Assembly (NCBI GenBank): GCA_002633005.1
Contig: NMRA01000978.1
Span: 1-64,000, forward strand
Length of the DNA: 64,000 nucleotides
Direction: 5' to 3'
Source of the DNA: Phoronis australis
Lineage: Eukaryota; Animalia; Phoronida
A model generated the notes under the pieces. The model was not told where the DNA came from. It ran no database searches and was given only the letters and a program-made list of their open reading frames with translations. Positions within the stretch are counted from its first letter, which is position 1. Every line of letters begins with the position of its first letter. Shown here in pieces: positions 26,110 to 37,090 of the stretch. Position numbers and translations under genes: made by a program.

Positions 26110-26259
26110 GAGCGAGATTGTTTAGCAACTTTTCAATCACAGAAACCACTCACCCACATTCCTTTGATCGACACACTTCTTTAATCTAACATGACTCGGG
26201 CCTAGTTAAACAAACTGACGCGGATTTTGTAAACTCCGGTTAACTTTTAAAAATTTTCG

Positions 26260-26608
26260 TGACACATGCACTTGAATCACTTATTTATTCACTCGATTCA
26301 CTCTAAGCACAGGTCCATGCTTTCACGAGCGGTTCACGTTTTCCATTGAACGCTACAATAAAGAAAAACGAGGTCATGGTTGTGCACCAGAATCAAGAGG
26401 CTGGATGCGAGACTGCGGGCTAATCTCAGAAAATTTTCCTCGCCCATGTGTCTTTTTAAAGCCCCGGTCACTATGGTCAAGACTATTTGATCGACTCGAG
26501 CAATTTCTCTACGATTTGATAACAGCACTAACCACGGGATGGAAACTTCCACCCCACACCATTAGGCTCAGAAAACGCGTGTCCTGAGGACCAGTGCAGC
26601 TGGGGAAT
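26260..26608 (-). CDS. Candidate terminal exon (short coding part plus 3' UTR)
   Basis: Long polypyrimidine tract and TTGCAG acceptor on the minus strand; stop within 13-33 codons in any phase; AATAAA at 26284-26289. Confidence 0.3.
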
Positions 26609-27671
26609 CTGCAACGAAAAAAAAAAATAAAAAAAAAATAACAGCCAACTAAGCGGCACACCCGTATCAAGTAGCCCTATTTGATATATACATATCTACC
26701 TACCTACCTAACCCTACGGGCAAAAAGGACTAAACTACACGTATTTGGGCTTAGCCGTAATGTCGGCAGTGACATGCACAACTGGTTTCCAAACCGGAGT
26801 AACCTTTATTTCATCACTGACTCGGTCACAGATATGACAGACCAAACCTTCTCAAAAAGTTTTCTGCCTACGCTGCTATCCATTACCCCAATACGTTGAC
26901 TACCTCTTCCCACAAAGGTAGTGCGCTGGGCCCGCCTTGGCAGCAAACCTGCTAATTAGACATTCGTTAAAAGAGCTCATTTTAGTAAAGTTGTTTTTTT
27001 AAATCAAAGATGTTTTTGTTTTCAAATAGTGCAAGACGCTTTGTGTCACGTTCCCACATCTTTAACTGATAAATAAAGAGACAAGAGACCGATCTTCTTC
27101 GATAGAGTGTGCCTGTACATGCCTGTATGCACGTGTGCCAACCGGTTTGAGCAGAAGACCAACAAGAGCACGTTAGTTTCTGCCATTCAAAGCACATTGA
27201 ACTCTTACTGAACTTTCAAAGATGAATATAGTTATATTTGGTGATACCGCATCCATTTCACCAATTGATACTGGTTGTGCTAGAATATTTTTGAAGAAAA
27301 CTAGAAGTAATATTTGTGGTGATCCCTCATTCGGCCAATGAACCAACTGAAGCGAACAGCAGTGTCAACTGAGGTTACTAAGCTTATGCACGCAGCCGAG
27401 CCAGACGAACGATATCAAATGACAAGGTCAGCACGGACAGCTAAAACACATGTCATCAAGCTAGGACCCAATTAAATCAAGCCTCGTCATCTCCTACAAC
27501 AGAACTAGGACACTACAGTGGTAAAAGCAAGTCGTGTCATTGCTTTTGTGAACCCGTAGCACCTAGAAAAGTAAAGCGCCAAAGGGTTTTTAAACGAACA
27601 CATTTCTGCGCGCCGAAGTGTGCTTGTTAAACGCACACTTTTCTTAATCAACTCGTAGATATAGATTGTCG

Positions 27672-27797
27672 CATGGCGAAGTCGTTATCCCCCGTAATCT
27701 AGAGCCCGAGTGGACTTTGAAGAATTACGTATCCACAAGGGCTTTAGATAATGGGGATAACGATTGAGAACATGTAATAATCCATTTATACCACATA
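27672..27797 (+). repeat. Palindromic interspersed repeat, copy 2
   Basis: Homologous to 5760-5830 and the reverse complement of 46336-46499. Confidence 0.8.
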
Positions 27798-29794
27798 CTG
27801 AACGATAAACATTGTAATGAATCGATCTACCTTTCTCGACTCGCCTCGGCTTTGTAACTACTTTCTATGTCACACGCCCAGGGTCGGAGGACTTGGCCTT
27901 TTAAAGTCATTCTCTCAAACTGCCCATGTGTTTCCAGTATCCGAAAATACTTACCACATAAAATCTTATTTTCGACACCCTTTCTTTATATTCTTTTCGC
28001 CTTTCTTGCTAAAAGCGACTTTTGACCAGTATTTGACCCTTCTCTCTGAGCGTATGATTACCGGTTGTCATCGGTTATTTCCGTACCCACATTTCAGGCT
28101 CATCAGTTCAGGAACTTGTCCTGAAAGCCGTCATTTTTTCCTAGTAACTGAATGTGCTATCGCTTGCTCGAAAATTCTTCATTATTTTGTTTTGTTAGTA
28201 ATATCTCGTGATTCGTTTGTAGTGTATTTATAGTTTGTAGTTAGTGGTCGTTGATCGTTTTTTGGAATGTTACGCGTACTTAGTATGTTAAAAGAGCATT
28301 GGTGTTTAGTTCCTTACGTACATTGTAGGCCGGTCGAACCTATTTTTTTTCGGTTTTATTTTTTTCTCGTTTTGAAAAAGTACTTTGCTATCATAAAAAG
28401 GTAGTGCATTCTACTCAGTAAAAATCGAAAAAGTATCAAAATCGGGGCAAGCAGTGTAAAGTTATTGCAAGTTTTGTGGCGAAATTTGGGTCACTTTATT
28501 TGGATCGCGTCGGCCATATTGGAGGACAGCGGGATAAGTTACGAGTTTAAAATTTTGTGTAAATTGTTTTCGCCAACAAATTACGGTGAAATTTAGTTAG
28601 ACATATCTTTACTTAATATTCTGCCCGATTTAACAGTGTTCACCAAATTTCAGCCTCGCAGTTGTTACCTATTAAGTGATAAATGTGCTCACAATTCCCG
28701 TTGGACTTCGTCTCATTTCTGGCGGCCCCGACAACATGGCGACTTTTGCTGAACTGAAAGGCATGTTCAATCGGCTACTTTGCAATTTGTGAAGATTTAA
28801 CGTTGATACATTTTGACAAACGTTGCTACAAAAAAGAAACTTTGTTCAATATTCGTGTTTTTTGTGCAAAAATATAAGATATATTCGAATTATTTTACTG
28901 TAAATTTCCCATTCAGGTGATCTTACACTAAGCTAAAAAAATAGTTGAAATAATTTTGAAATGGTTTTGTGTTTGAGTGTCAACTGCTGTTCAAGACTTG
29001 ATTCGGTGTCACAAAATGATTCATACTTTTCTAAATTTTAAGTCTCAATTGCTTTCAAGTCATGTTTTGTAACTTATTGCTTCTTAATTCATATTATCAA
29101 GTCAACAATATGAATAATCGTAATTTGAGAAATCAGCTATGTTGGATTGTGAGGCTTCAAGCCTCTAATTTTTGTTCCTTGCAACTTCATATCTTTTTTT
29201 AAATGATGCTTGTCAAATTCTGGTATAAGGGACCGGCACCATGGTAATAGTTACATGTATGTCCACTTTCATATCATGGAAACTGTTGCTGTTGAATAGT
29301 GTTTGTAATGATAAATGTTGTAAAGTATTGTGCATTTTAAGTTACTTACTATGTCAAAAGTTTGAATCATTTTGGGTTAATGAATAAAAAATGATAACAT
29401 GTTGTATTGGACTTGTCATACACTGTACTTATGTGCTCGAACGAGCCCCCTTTTTGGAGAACTGGAAAGAGGTCTGCCTCAGTCACAGAAGCACGAATTC
29501 CGAAAAAAGTAGAAAATGAGACAATATTCCACTAGAAGACAGGAAGTACCAAAATTTATAGTCTGCAATTCATAGCTCTGAACATACCCACTGAATCTTA
29601 TAGTAAAAGATAGATATTCCCAAAAATTCCAACCCCCCCCCATTATTTTAGGCTTGGTGCGCTCATACAAAGTCTGGGAAAATCTCTATTGAAAGCCAAC
29701 AACTTTGCACAGTTCGCCAGAAGTACCCAAGTTCTAAATAAACCTCGTTTGAGCGAGCGCTGTGGCCAGCGACCAGTTAGCCCTTACAAAAACG

Positions 29795-30235
29795 AACTTA
29801 AGTTTTTCGCTGAAAACTTAAGTTTTTGGCAAATAACTTAAGTTTTAGAGGAAAAACTTAAGTTCTTCTGAAAAACTTAAGCTTTTAAAAGAAACTTAAG
29901 TTTTTAAAACTTAAGATTTTCGCCAAAAACTTAAGTTTTTCAGCACAATGTTAAGTTTTTCAGAAAACTTAAGTTTTTCAGAAAACTTAAGTTTTTTCAA
30001 GTGTAAAACTTAAGTTTTCACAAATAAACTTAAGTTTCAAGTAATAACTTAAGTTTTCATGAAAACTTAAGTTTTTTGTACTAACAAAACTTAAGTTTTT
30101 CTGATAACTTAAGTTTATCGCAAAACTTAGTTTTTGTAATTTTAAAAACTTAAGTTTTCTTGACTTCTTAAGTTTTTCAGAAAACCGGATTTTTTCATTT
30201 GTGGAAAACTTGAATTTTCTAAAAACTTTAAGGTT
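29795..30235. repeat. Satellite of the palindrome AAAACTTAAGTTTT, about 20 copies at roughly 20-bp spacing
   Basis: Read directly from the sequence. Confidence 0.95.
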
Positions 30236-30929
30236 TCTATGTGATGAAAATTTACGTTTTCAAGTTTTTAAAATTTGAATATTGTGAGATCTGTTTAATT
30301 TTTGGTTCGAAATTTTTCCCATTATTTTCCAACAAAAAATTATTGTTTGCTCATGCAAAACCCATCATCTCAAAAAAAATGTTGCCCGAATGTTTCCTTA
30401 GCATTTATATAGATACAAATACCATAAAACGACGAACGTTTAACCTGGTCAGTACAGAATTAGTGCAGTTATGTAATCATTACGGCACGTCTTTGTGAAT
30501 TTAAATGTAGACGAACATCCGGTGACCAACAACAGTAAGAATGCACCCAATGTTAATCCCCTGAGACACTGACCTGGTCAGTACAATGTAATCAATTGAT
30601 TTCATGCAATTCTTAAAAAAAACGTAGTTATTGTGCAAGTTTCCTTTGTGTTGAGTTGTATTCGTAAGGCAGTTTCCACCGGAAGTCAATAGTTTGAATT
30701 TTATAACCGACAGTCAACTTCGAAGAAAAAGTCGTGTGTTGGCTAGCCTGCGACAATGAAGTTTATATTANAATGGCGGTGGTTCTTCGGGTGCGAATTG
30801 TGAGTGTCGCGTTCATTTAAACTTTTTTCGAGTACGGATTGTGTATTAGTTATGGGGTAAGTACTTGATGAATCCTTATAACATCCTCTAACCATGTAAT
30901 AAGGGTTAGCAACGTGTGAGAGAATGACT

Positions 30930-31085
30930 TTAAACTATTTTCCGAAAGTTTGGTGATCGAACCAGCTAACGACGTCGAGTCGACATTGACCTACCTTTTG
31001 AACTTTTTATGCTAGAGGTCACTGTTGAAGTAGTGCGGGAAGTGAATACGGAAAACGTTATTACATGGCCGCATTTCCCTCGACA
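30930..31085 (+). repeat. Interspersed repeat with an inverted copy at 39943-40099
   Basis: ctaacgacgtcgagtcgacattgacctac...cactgttgaagtagtgcggga matches the reverse complement of 39943-40099. Confidence 0.8.
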
Positions 31086-31784
31086 GATTTAACGCGTATG
31101 GGATAAAACAGTTAAATGCAACGCGTCTGTTTTGGCATGCCTATTTTTTCCGAAAACATGTAACAAATACGTTATGTCCAAGATTACGCCAGTCTTTTAT
31201 GCTTTTTTCACTTGTGAATGGAAGGTGCCCCCTGTACTATTTCTCGTCCCCCACACTATTTGGAGGGCTCCGCCGCCCCTGATACGTAGCGCTGTTTTCG
31301 GCGCTTGCCAGTATTTATGCCAGTATTAAATATGTATTGTCTCATTAAATTGGGAACATGCAAATCATGTGCTAATTTACAAACAAACCCGGATTCTCTA
31401 CTTCTCATCCGAGAACCAGTTCCCATTACAATCTCGCGAAAGTCTCTTTTTGCTAGACTATTTTTATGTAAATAAGTACGATAATATCTCATCGTGGCAG
31501 ACGAGGACCCGATGCCGGACAAGAGGACAAAGAAGGGATATAATTTAGTGTATTTTGAACCTCACGTCTTTCGTGCATGGCGCAACTCAGATTCCGACTG
31601 CAGCTGCAAAGACAGTGAACTGGCGTTATATTTGACAACACTTCTAGTCCTCATTTCTCAGGAATACACGGGAATCCCAGGGAAATCCCGACATCATTGT
31701 CGTTACCCTAATGAAACAAGACACAGTTTTTATTGTTTGTATATTTCACTATCAAATAACGATTGCGTAATATGTGGAATCACT

Positions 31785-32019
31785 GTATATAAAAAATAAT
31801 TGCAGGCGGTGTGATACACGATGTACCTGACGTGCGCAGGTGGGCCCATTGTACTGATCACCTGGAATCATTTTTATGCTTGATTAATATATGGTTAAAG
31901 CCGAGCTGAGGAACTAGTGACCTGACTCAAGGGTTTAGCAGTGTGACCCTGTGGGAATCGAACCCACGACCTTGAGTAAAAAAGCGGGCACCTATCACAC
32001 TAGGACACACTGCCTACTC
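31785..32019 (-). mobile_element. tRNA-derived SINE with 12-bp TSD
   Basis: Minus-strand head GGCAGTGTGTCCTAGTG (A-box-like) and GGTTCGATTCCC B box (31953-31964); TGTGGAATCACT duplicated at 31773-31784 and 32020-32031. Confidence 0.85.
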
Positions 32020-32194
32020 TGTGGAATCACTAGGGTTTTTATCTTTATAAATGTATCGTTTGTGGTGCGTTCTCAAGTTATATACTAATCGTTTCTTTTC
32101 CTGATTATACTTGTACACACAGTTCTGCAGGAAATTTACGTATTCACGGTTTTAATGGGACATAGCGTCTTAAACAGAGAAAACAAAACGAAAA

Positions 32195-32392
32195 TCGCAC
32201 TGTACTGCGTCTATGTGCGTCTATTCTCGATTGTACCTCAAATTATGGCACGCAACGCTACACTGAAAATTAAAAAGGTGGTGCACTGCATCTACGAGCG
32301 TCTACTCACCGTTGCTGCACCTCAAGTTACTGTACGTAAACGCTACATTAAAATGAAAAAAACGGTGCACTGCCTTTATGTGCGTCTACTGT
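32195..32392. repeat. Degenerate ~84-bp tandem repeat (about 2.5 copies)
   Basis: Recurring (g)cactgc.t.ta.g.gcgtcta and aacgctaca.t.aaa. Confidence 0.65.
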
Positions 32393-33199
32393 TTTCCTCT
32401 ATTGTTATTAAACTACAATCCTTTTTGAACACAGTTTCGTACCTTGGCCGAAATCAGAAAATCGTCGTTTATTCTCGTCTATTTCCTTTACGTGTAGGTC
32501 TAAGGCCTACACTTCAGACAATTGGAAACTGAAAAATCTGGAATTTAGAGTGCAAGAGCATTTGGATTCTTGTCTGATCTCTTGTACCAGAGTTGTCGTG
32601 TACAAAAAGGCCATATTTTTGTAATTTTTGTCGTCTCAATTTTCCAGTAGTTGTAGCAAAGCAAAAAGACATGACCTTGCTTGTGCTTTCTATATGTTAA
32701 ACCTTTCTTCAGGTGTCTTGACACAGGGTGCAAACAATGGCTGTCATTAACCCAGACTAGTGACAACGTCAAAATCAGCCACTGAAACTGTTTGACCGTC
32801 AATCAATTCAGGAACGATTCTAGGATGACGGCCATGTTGACTTGTCCTTGAAAATGGGTTGATACCAACTAAGTGTAAAATCATTGTTATTTGATTGTTT
32901 TTGATTCAAAATTTGGCATTTTTATAAACTTTTGGGTGCCTGTTTTCCAAGGTTTAAGCCACTAAATTTTATCACCACCATTTTCTCTCACCTTTTCAGC
33001 AAAAGAGTCCGGCTTGATTATCGACTTGAGAACATAACACTTGTAACACGCGGCTACCGGGGATTTCCGATAGGCCGCCTATCGTCACAAAATGCCTATG
33101 GACGCTTTTTCGGAAGAAGAGGAGGAAATAACGTGCGTCCGTTTTGTGGCGTCCGCCTCTAATCTGCCAAACCAATCGAAGGATCATAATGAAATGTGT

Positions 33200-34027
33200 T
33201 CCCGATGTGAAGCAGGCGCGACTGACATTGACTTTCGGACGGGTCCAACTGAAGTGTTGGTCCTTGTGGCGATTTTGTTTTTTGTGTCTGTGGTAAAATC
33301 TTTACAAACCTTTGAAGGAGCTTTGTGAAATTTAGAAAGAGGTGTACCTATAGAGCCGAGTGTCGAACTGATCCAAATACCACAGTGCCCCTTAATGTTT
33401 TTACGTTTGCCTCTGTATCTTCGGGGGTTCGTTATTGTGTTTTCATGAAAATTACCAATTAGGTTTCTGTAAAGGAGACGGCCTTCGCAAATTCTGACAA
33501 ATTTGATGCTTTCTGCGCCATCTGGTGGTCATTTAAAATCTTGCATACGTTTTTGACGTCCACCTCTCTGTCTGTCAAACCACTGAATGGATCATTATGC
33601 AAACTGACGATTGCGGCTGACGTTGATTTCCTGATGATTTAGACTACTCTGGCGCCACCAGGGGCAATTTTGTTTATGCGTCTAGTGGTGTGTCTCATTA
33701 GCTGTCTGGAGGATCTTGGCAAAATTTGGCGGATATGGTCCTATGGAGGCAGCAACAGACGACGAGGATTTTCAGACCAATCGGACTATAACTGTGTCAA
33801 ATTTATTTTTATGTTTTCCTCTATATCTGTGGAGTTCCTTGGCATATTTTCATGAAATTTGGCTAATAGTTGTGTTAGAGAGACGACGCCACCTTCCCAT
33901 TTCGGATAGGTTTGGCCTATTCTGTGCCATCTAATGGCCATTTTCATGATTCTAAAATCACCCGTAGAAGCACACTGTTTTCGGTGCTGTCGTGGGCGCA
34001 TTTCAACCCTCCGCGTTTCTCTTGTTC
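33200..34027 (+). mobile_element. 5'-truncated second copy of the HINE-like array element
   Basis: Monomers gcgccatctggtggtc, ggcgccaccaggggcaa, gtgccatctaatggcc; same 3' end gtgggcgcatttcaac..ctcttgtt as 18930-18966. Confidence 0.75.
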
Positions 34028-34104
34028 AATGTCAAATTGAAAATAGAAATATGAAATATGAGATGCAGTATGAAATCAAAATTTCACTTGAAAATAGAAT
34101 CTTG

Positions 34105-34520
34105 AGTCCCGTTTAGACATCAACTTTTGGCCCTGCGCAACTGACACGGATCAAATTGACACATTTCAAGCGGCCGTTTACACACACAACTCACTAACTG
34201 TGGCAAGACGGAAATTGCAGGCTGGAAAAACTGGATCGCACATGCGCAGGTTTACAAATGACGAGAGTTGCAGAGAAAAAGAACCCGTACGTAGGTCATT
34301 AGGCAAGCGCAGTAGAGATGATCCTTTCCGCCTTGCCCCAGTTTAGACACATAATTAACACGGCGTAAGATGTTCGAGCGCAAATTGCTCTACCTACCAA
34401 ACAGGTGTCAAAATTTGTCGCAGCGGTGTCAATTTGCTCCGTGTCAGTCCCGTTTACACAATGCAACAACTCGTTCCGTGTCAGCTGATCCGTGTCAACT
34501 TTTAAAGTGTAAACGGCATT
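34105..34520. mobile_element. Harbinger-like MITE (CCGTTTACAC-type TIR)
   Basis: cccgtttagaca ... gtgtaaacggc termini and internal inverted ctgacacggatcaaattgacac / gtgtcaatttgctccgtgtcag. Confidence 0.7.
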
Positions 34521-34521
34521 T

Positions 34522-34773
34522 TTAATTCTGAGTCAATACTCCATATTTCAAAGAAACAAACTCGAGTCAAAACTCGAAATTTCGAGTTCAAACTCGAACT
34601 TATTGCTTTAATATTGGGTTTACAAACTGTGAACTAAGGGCAATAAATTATCTACGTAAGTTATTGTATACTCAAGCATGGAATTATCTTGAGTTCGCCC
34701 AAAAGTAGAGTAGAAAATGCCAAACCTAATTTCGAGTTCCATTTCGAGTAAAAAGATTGGAGACCGGGCCCTG
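34522..34773 (+). mobile_element. Harbinger-like MITE (CAGGGCCCGG family), right part
   Basis: Ends GATTGGAGACCGGGCCCTG; shares its internal segment with 25790-25885. Confidence 0.8.
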
Positions 34774-35279
34774 GTGTAGTTCGTGACGTCATATCCGGTT
34801 TGGGCCAATATGGCGGCGCCCATGTTATTTGAGATTGAGGATATTAAACGTAAACTAGCCTTATACAAAGTGAGTTTGTTACTGAGGTTTTTGAGAAGTT
34901 AGATAGATGCTTTGTATATTGAAAGGCAAGTTTCTTAAAAGTGTAAATAACATGCCCTGATCGTATCCTATGCCAGACCTTTCTCGGTAAATGTCTTGGA
35001 GAGCAATGCTTTCTAGACAAATGATCAGCTCTCCTCTTGACGTTATTCAAGCAACAAAACGACCAGTGTTGCACAAATATGAAATTTTCCGTACTCGACT
35101 CTCTCGGTGGACCGTGAGAGAACGCACGTCGTGTATATCTCCAGAAAATGACTACGAGACTGTCCTTTGATTTAATACCAAATCCGCCATGTAGTGTATA
35201 CTATTATCAAATTCGGTGAAATGATGAATTATTTTCACCGACGGCACGCTACAAACGCTTTGTGTAACTCAAGTTAAAA

Positions 35280-36615
35280 CACCACTTGGTCGAATGGATT
35301 AAAATTATCCGCCTGGACCACGCTCTTGAACGTGGTCGTCATGGATGAAAATTGTCCACCCAGACCACGTTGTTGACGGAAGAGGTGGTGGCCTGCACTA
35401 AAATTGTCAGCCCGTCCCCGCACACTACAGGCTGTTATATCAGTACTTTGTGTCAACCCTGTATATCCTCAGTTATCAATGTAATGCTGGTATTATCAGG
35501 GGGACACGAAGAATACAACACAGACGTGTTATGTAGACTAAATTATGGAGCACACGCCGTCCCATGGACAACCCCCCCCCCCATAACACGCTTTATTACT
35601 GAGTTTAAAGCCACGACGGGGACGTTTGGACGAAATACCCAGTCCGACCTACAAGCTTCAAATTGAAGCCGTGTGGACAAAAATAATCGGACTATATAGA
35701 TCACGCTCTAAGTCATTTTTCAACGAAAAGCGCGTGATCGTAGCGGACGAAACCACTGAGTCCGATTCGACCAAAAAGTGCACTGCACTCCTTGATTCGA
35801 CCGCAATCTATATGAAACGCGTTCGGTAACTTTCACCAGTATGTGGTCGCGGGACAATGATCTGCCCGATCACATGCTACAAACGCCATTCGGTAAGTCA
35901 AATTGAGCCGTGTGGTCTTATGGACGAAAAATATCGAACAGGACGACGGTTTAAATGGTTTCAGTTGAAGTGAAAAGTACGTGGTCTTACCACGAGTGTC
36001 CCATCCGACCACACTCTACAAACACATTAGGTACTGATTCAAACCATAGCATGTGGTCCTATGGACAAAATAAATTCTCCTGGACCACGTTCATGAACCT
36101 GGTCTCATCCCTCTCTCAGGTTACAAACGCCATTCTGTAACTTAACTTGATGCGACTAGTATGCACAAAATTGTGCGACTGGACTACGTCCTAATTCATT
36201 TCTAGGAATGAAAAGCCCGTGTTCGTAGTGGACAAAAGTGTCCGCCCCGAAAACACGGAACAAACTCAAGTTAAAGCGCGGAGTCCGGTACCGCTCAGAC
36301 GAAGCCCTCGTGGTTGTATGCCCAAACTTTGTTGGCCCCCGCCGAACACACGCTATTAAAGACTTTCTAACTGAAACTAACGTGTGATCTTTCGCTTTCA
36401 AGTCGTCTGAACAAAAATTGTCCACCAGCCCGTTGTGATATGGACGAAAATTAACCGCCCAGACCACGTCATTCATTTAAAGCGCATGGTCTCATGGACA
36501 GTCATTTAAAGCCCGTGGTCGTATGGACAAAAATCATCCGTCTGGACAACACGTTTTCCAAGTCATTTAAAGTGCGTGGTCGTCTGGACGAAAATTGTTC
36601 GCCCTACCATACGAA
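35280..36615. repeat. Ancient array of about 17 hairpin units (GTGGTC.{3-4}GGAC-AAAATT-GTCC.{3-4}GACCAC)
   Basis: Units at about 35287, 35333, 35843, 35911, 36052, 36220, 36435, 36515, 36576 and others, with diverged spacers. Confidence 0.75.
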
Positions 36616-36842
36616 TTTTGTGACTGAAACAAAATCGCGCGGTGGTGATTGATTTGCGACTGACTCTCGGTTTATTTGCGAACATGCCATTACAGGAAAC
36701 GGTCTACACGTCAGTTAGCCCGCATAGTTAGTGCCAGTTCGAGAATAGGCAAACATTTCGCGAATACTGCGGCGGAGGCTAGACCAGACAACCTAGTACA
36801 TGCAAATGAAGACGACGTAGATTCGACACCTGTATAGTTTGT

Positions 36843-37090
36843 TGTTGTAGCGTTGAGAGTGTACACAAGCAATAACTATCAGACTGGCTTGACTGACATG
36901 CCTTTATTTCTACATGGCTGAACCGGAAGCGCCGGTAAAAACTATCTAACGATTAACACATAGAAAAGTTACTAAACATATAATCACACAACACCCGTCT
37001 CTTCACTGTCAAGACAGTCAAGGTCAAACCAGATATACAGTTCGGCGTTCACGGTCGTGAACGTGTGATAACATCTTGCTCCTTTGTTAC
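36843..37090 (-). mobile_element. 3' LTR (~150 bp), PPT and pol tail of an LTR retrotransposon
   Basis: TGTTGT...ACAACA ends (36843-36993); minus-strand AATAAA; purine tract GAAGAGACGGG abutting the LTR; VITRSR tail resembling the TRSGR motif. Confidence 0.55.

Noticed and set aside
29795-30235. CRISPR-like palindromic repeats with spacers
   Set aside because: Linkers are only a few bp long; this is a simple satellite.
31942-32014. Functional tRNA gene
   Set aside because: No convincing cloverleaf or anticodon arm, and it is embedded in a TSD-flanked SINE.
32155-32532. 125-aa ORF with a repeated peptide
   Set aside because: Explained by a degenerate ~84-bp tandem repeat; no recognisable domain.
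35280-36615. CRISPR array
   Set aside because: Repeats are highly degenerate, spacing is irregular, no cas genes are present and the context is eukaryotic.
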